A stretch of 64,000 bases of DNA. It comes from Histomonas meleagridis 2922-C6/04-290x (lineage: Eukaryota; Protista; Parabasalia). This document shows, piece after piece, positions 53,965 through 64,000 of the stretch. Numbering within the stretch: the stretch's first letter is position 1; each line of letters begins with the position of its first letter. Both the position numbers and the translations under genes were made by a program. Under the pieces are notes generated by a model. That model saw only the letters and a list, made by a program, of their open reading frames with translations. It ran no database searches and was not told the DNA's origin. Location: contig JAANOX010000278.1 in NCBI GenBank assembly GCA_020184695.1, positions 455,562 to 519,561 of the forward strand, read 5' to 3'.

Positions 53965-56900
53965 ATGAAAACTCGTGGTGAAAAAATCACCACAAATCCC
54001 ATTGTATCCGAAAGGATTGATTCTTTCCTTAGTTCCTTACAACAAATCCTAGCCTCTGTTACATCTGATTTGTTTGTACAGCAAATGTTTGAAGATTCTT
54101 TATCGTCATTATTTATTCCAGATCGAGTTTGTGAAATCATAAAAATTCATCTAAATAGTGATACCAAAAAATTTTTAGATACTTTAATGCAACGTTTACA
54201 AGCAATTGAAGCATGTTTTGGTGAAAAGAAATCACAATCTCTTGAATCAATTGGTTATAAAATTCTTTCACTTCAAAAAGAAAAAAGTTCAGATGATGCA
54301 ATGAAGATATTAAGGGGACAAATTATAGAAGTCTTAGATTTAGGAAATCATAATGATCAAATAAAAAAAATCAAAACCAAAACAAACAATTTCAAATTTG
54401 TACTTAACAATTTAAAGCAACAAATAGCACAATTACATGAACAATATTTAGATGATACAAAAAAATCTAAATCACAAGTTAAAACAAAACTAAAGAAATT
54501 ATTTGGTGAACTTTATGAATATCAACAAAATCAAATCGAATTTCAAAATCAAATCCTAAATAGCACAAAGAACAATGAGTTAAACAGAATCAAAAAAGAT
54601 TTTGATGTTGAACTTGAAAAGTATTCAACACGCGAGACATTTCTTCAAGATGAAATTGCTAAATTAAAGAAAGAAATCACTAAACTTAAACAAGAAAATT
54701 CACTTAAATATGAAGAAAATTCGAAACTAAAAAATCAATTATTAATTATTGATCAATTAAAATTAGAAAAGCAGTCATTAGAAAATCATAACGAATCACT
54801 TCAAACGCAAATCGACATATTAAAGAATGAAAATAGTTCCAAAAGTAAACAGATAACAAATTTATTAGATGAAAACAACAATTTGTTTAATCAAAGTTCG
54901 TCATTACAAACATCACTTTCTTCGTTAAGGAAAAAATATCAAGAAAAAGAAAGAGAAAATGTAAAATTACAAAATATAATAAATAAAAACGAATTTGAAA
55001 AAAACGAATTTTCGAACATAAAAAATAAACTCGAAATTACTATAAATGAATTAAAAGAAAAAGTATTAAAGTTCGATTCACTTTTAAACGAAAAGAATAA
55101 AATGAATTCGGAGAACATTATGTTAAAACAAAAAGTTAAAGAAATGGAAATAGACTTAAAAGATATGAAAGAAAAATCCGATTTTTATATGAATGAAATA
55201 AATCATTATTCGAAATATGTTACTGAGAACAAAAAATTATCTTTTTTATCAGAACAAAACGTAAAAGAAATCAAAGAATTAAATTCCGAAATAGATAATA
55301 TGAAAACAAAAAATTTAAGTCTTCAAAATCAAATTCAACAAATGAAAAACGAAATCGAAAAATCCGAATCATTAAACAATGAAATTACTTATAAACTTAA
55401 GAACACAGAAAATTTGTTACAAGAAACGCAAAAAGAACTTAAAAAAACTATTGAAGAATCGAATGAAAAAATAAATGAAACAAATAAAACAATTGATGAA
55501 TTAAATAATATGAATTTTAATTTGATAAATGATAATAAAGAATTAAATGATAAAATCGATGATATAAACATCGAATTAAATAATACGAAACTTAAACTAA
55601 ATAAATATAAAAGTTCATTTCTTAAAGTTAACGAAGAAATTAAAATTAAAAATATATCAAATGAAGATTTGCAAAAAAGTCAAAGAGTTATAATAAAACA
55701 AAAAGATCAAATGAATAATGAAATAAAATTATTAAAACATAATAATGAAAAATTACAAATGAAAATTAATGAAATTGAAAATGAAAATAAAAATTTGATA
55801 TTAAAAATTAAAGAACATGAAAATCAAGTAAAAGAACTATCGAATTCAACCGAATTATTAGCAAATAAAATTAAAAACATTAACGAATCCAAGAAAAAAA
55901 TAAAAAGTCAAAATGAAAAACTTAAAGAAATGATAAAGAACAAAGAAGAAGAAATTATAAATTTAAACGAATCAAACGATACATTGAAATTGAAACTGAA
56001 ATCAATTCAATCAGAAGTAAATCATTCAAAAGGTAGAATCAATTCAATTGAAACAACAAACAACGAATTGATGAAACAAATTGACAATATAATGAAAGAA
56101 TTAACACCTATTTTCCCTGATATAGAAACAATTGAAGAAATTCCTAAAAAATTAATTCAATTAAACACACAAAATGAAAGTATAAGAAATGAATTTCAAA
56201 TCGAAAAAGATGAAAACTTTGTTACTTCTGTTAAAACAATAAAAAATGAATTTGATCAAATGAAACACATTCAAAACGAAATAATTTCTTTATTAAAAAT
56301 GAGTTCTAATGATAATTCTGATGTAATTTTTCTTGTTAAAACTTTAAAAGAAAATTATGAGAATTTATATAACGAAAAAAACGAAATATTAAAACATTTA
56401 AATACTAAAGAACCGATAATCGAAACTATAAAAAATATAGAAAAACAAATTCCAAATTTATTTATAGGAAATTTTGAAGAAAAGTTTCATCAATTATTAA
56501 CAGAAAGAGAAAATTTAATTGGAGAAAAGAATAATATACAAAAAACACTTAAATGTGATACAAATCAAATTGTTAATCAAGTTGAAGAAATGTTTAAATG
56601 TATTAAAGAACTTCAAAACATATTCGAGACAAACGATTTAATAAATGTTTCTAAAAGTTATAAAGATTTTTATGTTTCATTACAAAACGAATTAAAATGT
56701 AAATCCAGAAAAGAAATTATAGAAACTATTAAACGAAATAATAAAAACCAAATCGAAACAAATGAATTAATTTCGAAAATTTTATTAATTTTGTTTAATA
56801 TCAAAATAATAATTATTTCGGATATAACAAACGAAATGAAAAATAAAATAATCGAAACAATAACAAATTTTAAATCAAAAGCTGATAAAGATAATAAAAA

Positions 56901-57384
56901 CGTAATATCTTTAATTAATAAGGCTAAGAATTACGGATATGTTGGCGATTCATTCGATGATGCATTTGATTTCATTACGAATTCAATTGTCGAAATCGAA
57001 CATCAAAAATCAATCGAAAATATGCATCAAGAAATGTCGAAATTTAAATCCTTACAAGAAAAAGAAAGAAACATGGTAATACAAGAAAAGAAGAAATTAA
57101 GAAAGAAGATTAAGGATCAACTTGATGAAATCGCAAGTATTAAAGAGTTACAAATTCAACAAGAAAATGATTTCTTGTTACAAAGTGAAAAACTTAAGAA
57201 TTTAACAAAAAACACACAAAATGAATGCGAAATACAAAAGAAAATTAGAAAAGAATTAATAAGATTAATAGGAGGAAAAGTAGTCGACTTTGATTATCTG
57301 AAGTTGAAATTGTCCCCAAATGAATACATCGTGGCGAAGTCAGCAGATGTAGCGAAAAAACATGACTTAAATAAAACTTTGTAA
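53965..57384 (+). CDS. Large coiled-coil protein (Lys/Glu/Asn-rich), function unknown
   Basis: 1139-aa intact ORF with continuous heptad-like composition. Confidence 0.8.
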   Translation: MKTRGEKITTNPIVSERIDSFLSSLQQILASVTSDLFVQQMFEDSLSSLFIPDRVCEIIKIHLNSDTKKFLDTLMQRLQAIEACFGEKKSQSLESIGYKILSLQKEKSSDDAMKILRGQIIEVLDLGNHNDQIKKIKTKTNNFKFVLNNLKQQIAQLHEQYLDDTKKSKSQVKTKLKKLFGELYEYQQNQIEFQNQILNSTKNNELNRIKKDFDVELEKYSTRETFLQDEIAKLKKEITKLKQENSLKYEENSKLKNQLLIIDQLKLEKQSLENHNESLQTQIDILKNENSSKSKQITNLLDENNNLFNQSSSLQTSLSSLRKKYQEKERENVKLQNIINKNEFEKNEFSNIKNKLEITINELKEKVLKFDSLLNEKNKMNSENIMLKQKVKEMEIDLKDMKEKSDFYMNEINHYSKYVTENKKLSFLSEQNVKEIKELNSEIDNMKTKNLSLQNQIQQMKNEIEKSESLNNEITYKLKNTENLLQETQKELKKTIEESNEKINETNKTIDELNNMNFNLINDNKELNDKIDDINIELNNTKLKLNKYKSSFLKVNEEIKIKNISNEDLQKSQRVIIKQKDQMNNEIKLLKHNNEKLQMKINEIENENKNLILKIKEHENQVKELSNSTELLANKIKNINESKKKIKSQNEKLKEMIKNKEEEIINLNESNDTLKLKLKSIQSEVNHSKGRINSIETTNNELMKQIDNIMKELTPIFPDIETIEEIPKKLIQLNTQNESIRNEFQIEKDENFVTSVKTIKNEFDQMKHIQNEIISLLKMSSNDNSDVIFLVKTLKENYENLYNEKNEILKHLNTKEPIIETIKNIEKQIPNLFIGNFEEKFHQLLTERENLIGEKNNIQKTLKCDTNQIVNQVEEMFKCIKELQNIFETNDLINVSKSYKDFYVSLQNELKCKSRKEIIETIKRNNKNQIETNELISKILLILFNIKIIIISDITNEMKNKIIETITNFKSKADKDNKNVISLINKAKNYGYVGDSFDDAFDFITNSIVEIEHQKSIENMHQEMSKFKSLQEKERNMVIQEKKKLRKKIKDQLDEIASIKELQIQQENDFLLQSEKLKNLTKNTQNECEIQKKIRKELIRLIGGKVVDFDYLKLKLSPNEYIVAKSADVAKKHDLNKTL

Positions 57385-57780
57385 TGTAGTGTATATACTT
57401 TTTTAAACTGTTTTTATATTATATACTCGCATTCTTGATTTAATACAAGAAACTGAAATGGTTTATCAGTATCATCGCTTATTTAACAGAAAAAAAATTG
57501 TGTTAAATTATTTTAGGAATTGCTTTGTTCTAATAAATATTTATGTAGGTTGTGATACGTACGTTACACAAAAAACAAGAAATAGAGCTAAATGAATGAA
57601 GAATCATCGGATTTATATTTCGCAGGATTAACGGTCGATAAGAAAATGATCGGGTTTAATTCAAAAATCCACTTTTTGATGAATTGGGGTGGTGTATTAT
57701 TTGGCAAAAATTGGCTGTGAAAAAACGATTTTCAAAATGTGCCAGCCGGCAAAATCAAATTTTATTAACCACAATTTTTA

Positions 57781-58740
57781 ATGATGTCCAGCACGATGAA
57801 AGATCTACACGTTAAACGTGGTGTAGAAGATTTCGTAATTCATAATTTTTTGACTGCTGCTAATAAGTGCAATGCAATTCTTCAACATATCCAAGAAAAT
57901 GGAACAAGAGTCCCATTTGAAATTGAAAACACATATTCATCTGAGTCTGTCTCCATTTTTGTTCAGTTTCTTAATGGAGAAAATATTCCTTTTGAATTTG
58001 ATCAACAACTTAATAATGAACTTTTTGATCTTGCCAAAAAATACCAGTGCCCATCTCTTCTTAGAAATCTTGCCACAAATTGCTCACGTACAGTTGAACT
58101 TCTTCTATCTGAAATTGAAAATGGTCTTGATACCACTCTAACAGAAAACAATTTAATTACCTTCATTTCTCTTGGTGATTTCGACAATTTAGAATTATTA
58201 AGTTCAAAAGTACTTAGTCGCATCATTAGCAAAGGTATTGAAAACCAACAAATAATTCTTCCTGCGCTCATATTTTTCATTCAATATGCATCTGCACATA
58301 ATATCCTTGATGCGAACTATGATAAAATCCTTGGAAACATTGAATTTACTAAGGAATCTATCCAACAATTAACAGATTCTCCTGATTTCAACTGTCCTCC
58401 GAGAATTAAACTTGTTTCACTTGTGAATAGTATTGAAGAACTACTTATAAATTTCAAGAGTATTTTACCTGGACGTGAAATCAAATCAGAAATTTGCGAT
58501 CAAATTTGTACTGATTTAACTTTAGCACAAGCAATGCTTTTTAATTCTCTAAATGAAATTGTCAACGCCAGAAATGAAGATAGAAATGGTGCAAATCAAA
58601 ATAGTAACCAAAATAGAAACCAAAATAGTAATCAAAATAATGGAAATCAAAATAGTAACCAAAATCGTAATCAAAATAATAATGATGCTTCACCAAACGC
58701 AGGGTGTGGTATAAGAAGATATGTGGAACATAATAATTAA
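57781..58740 (+). CDS. Hypothetical protein with possible BTB-like N-terminus and Gln/Asn-rich tail
   Basis: VSIFVQFLNGENIPF...ELFDLAKKYQCPSL resembles the BTB C-terminal helices; weak. Confidence 0.55.
   Translation: MMSSTMKDLHVKRGVEDFVIHNFLTAANKCNAILQHIQENGTRVPFEIENTYSSESVSIFVQFLNGENIPFEFDQQLNNELFDLAKKYQCPSLLRNLATNCSRTVELLLSEIENGLDTTLTENNLITFISLGDFDNLELLSSKVLSRIISKGIENQQIILPALIFFIQYASAHNILDANYDKILGNIEFTKESIQQLTDSPDFNCPPRIKLVSLVNSIEELLINFKSILPGREIKSEICDQICTDLTLAQAMLFNSLNEIVNARNEDRNGANQNSNQNRNQNSNQNNGNQNSNQNRNQNNNDASPNAGCGIRRYVEHNN
58594..58682 (+). repeat. Coding repeat (NQNS/NQNR)n
   Basis: Repeated caaaatagtaac / caaaatagaaac units. Confidence 0.85.
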
Positions 58741-58936
58741 GGTTTAATTTTTTTCAAAAAAAAATTAATAAAATTTCCATTTTCTTCTACTTTATTGTTC
58801 TTTTTCAAATGAATTTGGCTCTTCAATAAATTGATGACGACCACATTTTTACTTCTGTTATAGGTTTGATATCTTTGTGTAAGTTGTTATTTTTGCGTGT
58901 TTTTGATTTTGTACGTTTAAATATATACGTTAAAAA

Positions 58937-60169
58937 ATGGAAGATGAGAACAAAGGAACTGAGGAAAGTTCTTCATTTTCACAGACAGAAAAACAATTAA
59001 ATGAAATACAAAATGAAATTCTTCGGCAAGGAAAAGATGTAGAAAAATTTATTATTGAACATTCAAAAATTCATCAAAATCCTGCAATTAAATCATTACA
59101 AATATTGTTTGAATTATTTAAGTCGGAATTATCTATTAATCTTTCTTTTAGAAAAGCTTTAATGAATGATAAAGCCCTCATTCAACAATTAAAAGATATC
59201 ATAAATAAGAAAAATAAAGAAATTCCAACTGTTTTAACACAACTATCTGACGAACTAAACATAAGAATTGAAAAAATTTCAGATATTACCAAAATATTTC
59301 AAGAAATCCAAAATGAAAATCAATTATTAAAATTCAAACTTACTCAAATGACACAAGAAAAAGAAGACATAAATGCTCAATCCATAATTGAAATAGCCAA
59401 GCATAACTCTCGAGCTGAATTGGCAGAAACACAAAATCAAGATTATCAAAATCAACTTTATGAACTTAAATCCAAATATACTAAACTTATTAAATTTAAT
59501 GAAGAACTTCAAAGCAATATATTACTTTTGAAAAAGAAACTTTCAAATCACCATCAAATCAAAAAAGAAAATAAAGAACTTAAAGAACAAATCAATAGAC
59601 ACAAACATGAAACAGAATCTTCCAATAAACAAATTCAAGAACTTAAATCAAAACTTAAAGCACAAAAACGGAATCAAAAGCGTATTTTAACAGAAATACA
59701 AAATAACATTACTAACCAACAAACACAAAACACTATTTATAAAACGGATCAAAAGACCAAAGATATTGAAACAAAATTTTCAAACGCATTAGATGAAAAC
59801 AATCGATTATTAAAAAAGTTACAACAATCATCCAAAGATATTTCAAGACTTGAAGAAGAAAATGCAAAGTTAATGTCAACATTGGAAAGATACAAACATT
59901 TAAGTAGTTCGGTAATGTATGATTCAGATGTGTCAACACCAACAAAAGTCAAAAGTTCGTCATTTTATTCATCAGAAGATATATCAGGAATGTCAAATTC
60001 TTCTTATATATTAAGACCATTAATGTTGGCAACGATTGCATGCAATAGATTAATATCAAAGAATAAGAATTCGTCAACTAATGTGTCTGATAGTTCATTC
60101 GACGTAAAGAAAGAACTTGTGTCACTGAAGAGGGAAATAGTATCACTTCAGAGTGAGCTTGCTAAATGA
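58937..60169 (+). CDS. Coiled-coil protein, function unknown
   Basis: 410-aa intact ORF with heptad-rich composition. Confidence 0.75.
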   Translation: MEDENKGTEESSSFSQTEKQLNEIQNEILRQGKDVEKFIIEHSKIHQNPAIKSLQILFELFKSELSINLSFRKALMNDKALIQQLKDIINKKNKEIPTVLTQLSDELNIRIEKISDITKIFQEIQNENQLLKFKLTQMTQEKEDINAQSIIEIAKHNSRAELAETQNQDYQNQLYELKSKYTKLIKFNEELQSNILLLKKKLSNHHQIKKENKELKEQINRHKHETESSNKQIQELKSKLKAQKRNQKRILTEIQNNITNQQTQNTIYKTDQKTKDIETKFSNALDENNRLLKKLQQSSKDISRLEEENAKLMSTLERYKHLSSSVMYDSDVSTPTKVKSSSFYSSEDISGMSNSSYILRPLMLATIACNRLISKNKNSSTNVSDSSFDVKKELVSLKREIVSLQSELAK

Positions 60170-60388
60170 TTAATTGTTGTAAATAAATTGTTATCATATA
60201 TTAAAATTTATAAATTATAATTCGATTATATTATTGATTCTTAATTTCCAATTGATATACACTGAAAAATCATTTATGCCATAAACATTTCTAATTTTAT
60301 TAGATTACGGAATTTACTGAATGAAAAAGAAAAAATAAGTTCATATTTCAATGATTAATACAAAATATATTTTATTTATAATTATTAT

Positions 60389-63300
60389 TTAAATCAAATC
60401 ATTTATTCTTTCTATAATTTCTTGTAATGTATTTGTTGATCCGAACATTCTTCTATATTCCCCGCTGAGCATCATTTCTATTAATCTTGTAACCCTTGTT
60501 TTATTTAACTTTAAAATACTGCCTTTTGCAAATCCGATATCACTATCACCAAACTGATCGAAATAAACAGGTCCAAAATTATAATGTTCTCTACCAAAAT
60601 CGCAATCCACCAATTGAACAGTTGATGCCATATTGCCAGTTAACATCAAAAATGGTGTAACTGTCATTTCTGTACATTTCATACAGTGATCTATTGTATC
60701 ATCCAAACCTATTTGATTTATAAGTCCAAAACTTTTATAACAAATTTTTCCACAAAACAAACATTTCGCAAGAGTCACTATTTCGGTTTTCAAATATTTT
60801 CCTAAATTTTCATTCTAAAAGAAATCAACAAAATTCTCACATAATGTAGTAAACTCAAACTTCACACATGGCGATAAAAATGCTATATCTGTGATTTCTG
60901 CTTTTGAATCTTCGATCATTTTTTGGAAAGGCATCAGCTCGTACTTTTCTGTAAACTCCTCAACTGAAGGTATTGAAATTGTATCGTTCGGGTTTGATGC
61001 CATTTGATGTAATAACTCAACGCGTCTTATAAACACTTCGAATAATGACTTATGTATATCTTTATCATGAGGAGCTACTGACATAGCCAATATCTTCCAA
61101 TATTTCTTAATCATTTTTTGAAATATTTCTTCATTATCACTTAAATTTGCACTATTAAAGAAATCAATAGCAAATAAAGCAAAAGGATCATTAGTATCTG
61201 AAACATTATTATCTTTAACAATGAAAGCGATTCTAATCAAATGTATTAAAGCAAGAATCATTTTTTTATCATCGATACATTTAGGTTCAGTTCTATTTAA
61301 TACTTCAAGTAAAGCAATATTATATGCAACTGTTTGAGCAATAGAAACTCCACATAATGAAATAATTTCACTAGAAATTCTTTCTATTTCTTGTTCAATT
61401 TGTGTATTTAAATTTTCGAACACAGGTATTATAGTATTACAAGTAGTTCTATCCATTGGACATTGTTTTATACTTTCATTTAATGCCAAAAGATATACAA
61501 CGTTTTCATTACCGGAGTTAAAACATTTAATATGAGCCCAATGACCACAAGTTTGAACTCTACAAGTAATCGGATAACGTGGAATGGAATCATGTGCAAT
61601 GATTTGTTCGATTTTCGAAAGGATTCCTGTTCGATATATTGTAGAAATAATACCATAAGGCTCTTTCATTATCATTAAATGATTCACTACAAAAGCGCAA
61701 GTAAAATGAATTAGGTGAAGCAGAATCGAAAGTTGCTAATTCATTAGAATTTGCATCTGCAAAGCATTTAATTGTTTTTGGAACTTGGCTAAAATCGCTG
61801 AGCGATCTATCTCGCTTAGGCTTTGGCTCTATTCGATTCATCAATTTCGATTTTTGATTTTACATAATTCGAAATCATTGAAGAAACTTCAGATGATTCA
61901 TTCACGAAATTATTTAACAATTTAATGCCATTTTCTAATGATAAAATATTCGAAATTAACAAATCGGTGATTTTCATAAGTTTATTTTCGGTTTCATTGG
62001 GAAAAGTATATAATATTAATCGATATAATGCGAAAATAGTACGTTTTAATGTATATGAAGTTTTTGAAGGATTTGCGTTTAATAATTTTTCCATTAATTT
62101 AATTAATACTTTGGACTTAAGGAAATCTCTGATTCTATTCATTGGATCAGGTAATAATTCCAATTTAGGAATCGTTAATAACTTTTCTTTATGTTCATTA
62201 ATTTTATTATAGAAATTACTTGATGAAATATATAAAAATACATTTGCCTCATTTAAGCATTCAGGTTTTAATACCAATTTAATACCTTTATCTATTTGTT
62301 GAGGGTCAGCTACTTCCAAAAATGTTTCGTCGAGAGTATCATTATCGACTTTAAACTTATTTAACTCAATAATTAATTGTTCTCTTGTATTAACACCGGA
62401 ATATATATATTGAATTATCGCTTTTCGTAATGATTCCTTCTTGAAATGATAACCAGAGAACGTTGTGTCGCACGCAATGATTATTAAGAACCGACATAAC
62501 AAATGTCAGTCAACTTTGGTTCCATTTCACATCTCGACTAAACTCGCTGCTGCATTTTTATCCCAATAATTAATACTAAATTCTTCAGCAAATTATTGAA
62601 TATGGTATTTGTATCTTTGAGCACTCAACATTGTAAACATATTTTCGTAATACCTGCTTGTTATAGTAGTCTGTAATGATATTTCGAAAGTCTTTGCGGA
62701 TGTCTGTATTGATTCACTCATTTGAAATGCGAAAGAGAGTTATTTTGGATTATCAAAACAATTGCCCGAAACAGAAGACATGACATATGCTGTTAATTCA
62801 TCAATAATATCATTAAACCCAATCGTTTCAGGGAGATTAATTTCGGATCAATGTTGGTTATGTAATGAGAAACATATTAACGTATTAATCACTAAAGTCA
62901 ATAAGTGGACTGTGAGATAGGGGAAAATTCGTTATAAGGATTTCAATATTATCAAATTTTGTTTGAATATTTCAGATGACATTTCATTGATATTGATCTC
63001 GAAGTTTTATTGCCTTAGAAAATAATTCTTCGAATATTTTGTCAATGATTTTGAAAATTATTTTCATTCAAATTTAAACTCGATTCATAGCCAGATGGCT
63101 TTGGGGAACGTTTGGTCCTTTGGAAATTCAGTAGAAATTAACGAGGTGCATTGTGAAATGATTGGTATTAACTCATAGACACATAAATAGATGAAGTTCC
63201 GTTTGATAATAATTATCCGTTTGATAGAGCTCATGTTCACCTTCTTTTACGTTTGATTACGTTCACAATTTGTCTCATTGAAATGAATTTAATTATTTCT

Positions 63301-64000
63301 GCAATGGCAGTTGAATCTCACGCTCGTTAAGTGCTCTCCAAAAATTATCGGATACTCAGTTTCCTCGATGTCAACGAACTCCACCGCCAGGATGAAATTT
63401 GGGGTGCCCGATGGAATGCAACTTCAGAATTATCATTAACGATGGAGTAATGTGAGATGTAATTATACAGCACTTTAAATGAATGACCACTGACTTTGAT
63501 GCTTCTTTTCTGACTCGAGAATATTCTGTATGAAATAAAGCACATTGCGATGAAAGTCCACTTGCTTTCTGTAAATATATTGCTTAGAAGGATGTGTAGT
63601 TAAGTAGAAATGGTTCGTAGAAATCTGCGAGATGTAAAGTTGGAAGAGGTCCGTCGACAAACTCTCTCTGGAAGTATGACAGAATAAATACATCGGAATT
63701 AAATTGCTGTATCAAATCGTCATCAATTGGATCGATGTCATCTTATTTGGCGTGATTTCCTTCAAATAGTAAATGACGAAGATGATTCAACAAATGTACC
63801 TCTATTGAAAACGTATAACTCAAAACTTTGTAAATCCTGTGGAAGTTTTGCGGCTCTTGCACCTCGTTCGATGATAGTCACCCGGAGTAATCTGGACTTA
63901 TTCTGCCGCTTTGAAGCTGACGAGATAACTCCCGACACTTCCGCCGGCCTGGCGCGGCGTTCGGCGTTTTTCGCACCACTCTCGCGATTTATTTGCGTTT
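60389..64000 (-). pseudogene. UBR1/N-recognin-like E3 ubiquitin ligase, fragmented (pseudogene or erroneous consensus), probably continuing beyond the window
   Basis: Winged-helix-like RKAIIQYI...FLEVAD...LVLKPE; RING CAFC...TCGHWAHIKC...CPMDRTTCNTIIP; C-terminal CLFCGKIC...HC..C...VYFDQFGDSDIG. Broken by several frameshifts and an in-frame TAG at 60815-60817. Confidence 0.75.

Noticed and set aside
53965-60169. SMC-, myosin- or kinetochore-like identity for the coiled-coil genes
   Set aside because: No ATPase, motor or other globular signature; similarity would be compositional only.
1-64000. Stop-codon reassignment as an explanation for in-frame stops
   Set aside because: Intact genes terminate normally with TAA, TAG and TGA; internal stops occur only in loci that also have frameshifts.
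1-64000. Canonical trichomonad spliceosomal introns, tRNA or rRNA genes
   Set aside because: No GTAYGT...ACTAACACACAG-type intron or tRNA/rRNA signature was seen by eye; short or atypical ones could have been missed.

Overview
AT-rich eukaryotic genomic window, most consistent with a parabasalid (trichomonad-type protist). The lineage is inferred from compact, apparently intron-free genes, Inr/M3-like promoter motifs, BspA-type LRR genes and a DUF3447-like ankyrin gene. It holds about 33 protein-coding loci. Well-supported calls are RPS6, ISY1, CFAP20, CCDC22, RanBP1, a CDK9/12-type kinase, a divergent actin, an XMAP215/TOG protein and a bacterial-type D-serine dehydratase. A transposon-rich segment at about 48.3-52 kb holds a decayed TIR-bounded pogo-like DD35D element and a 570-bp TA-duplicating Tc1/mariner-type derivative. 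The most unusual feature is an ankyrin gene whose 3' half is an exact 170-bp tandem array: each ankyrin module is separated by a conserved 77-nt AT-rich spacer that breaks the frame and cannot be removed by in-frame GT-AG splicing. Other notable items are a candidate SYCP2/Red1-type meiotic axis protein, a TOG protein whose N-terminus consists of TACC-like repeats, two 5'-truncated BspA genes fused head-to-head, and two lateral-transfer candidates. Several single-base frameshifts in homopolymers suggest residual long-read assembly errors. Family calls come from motif recognition and recall only; no database search was run.
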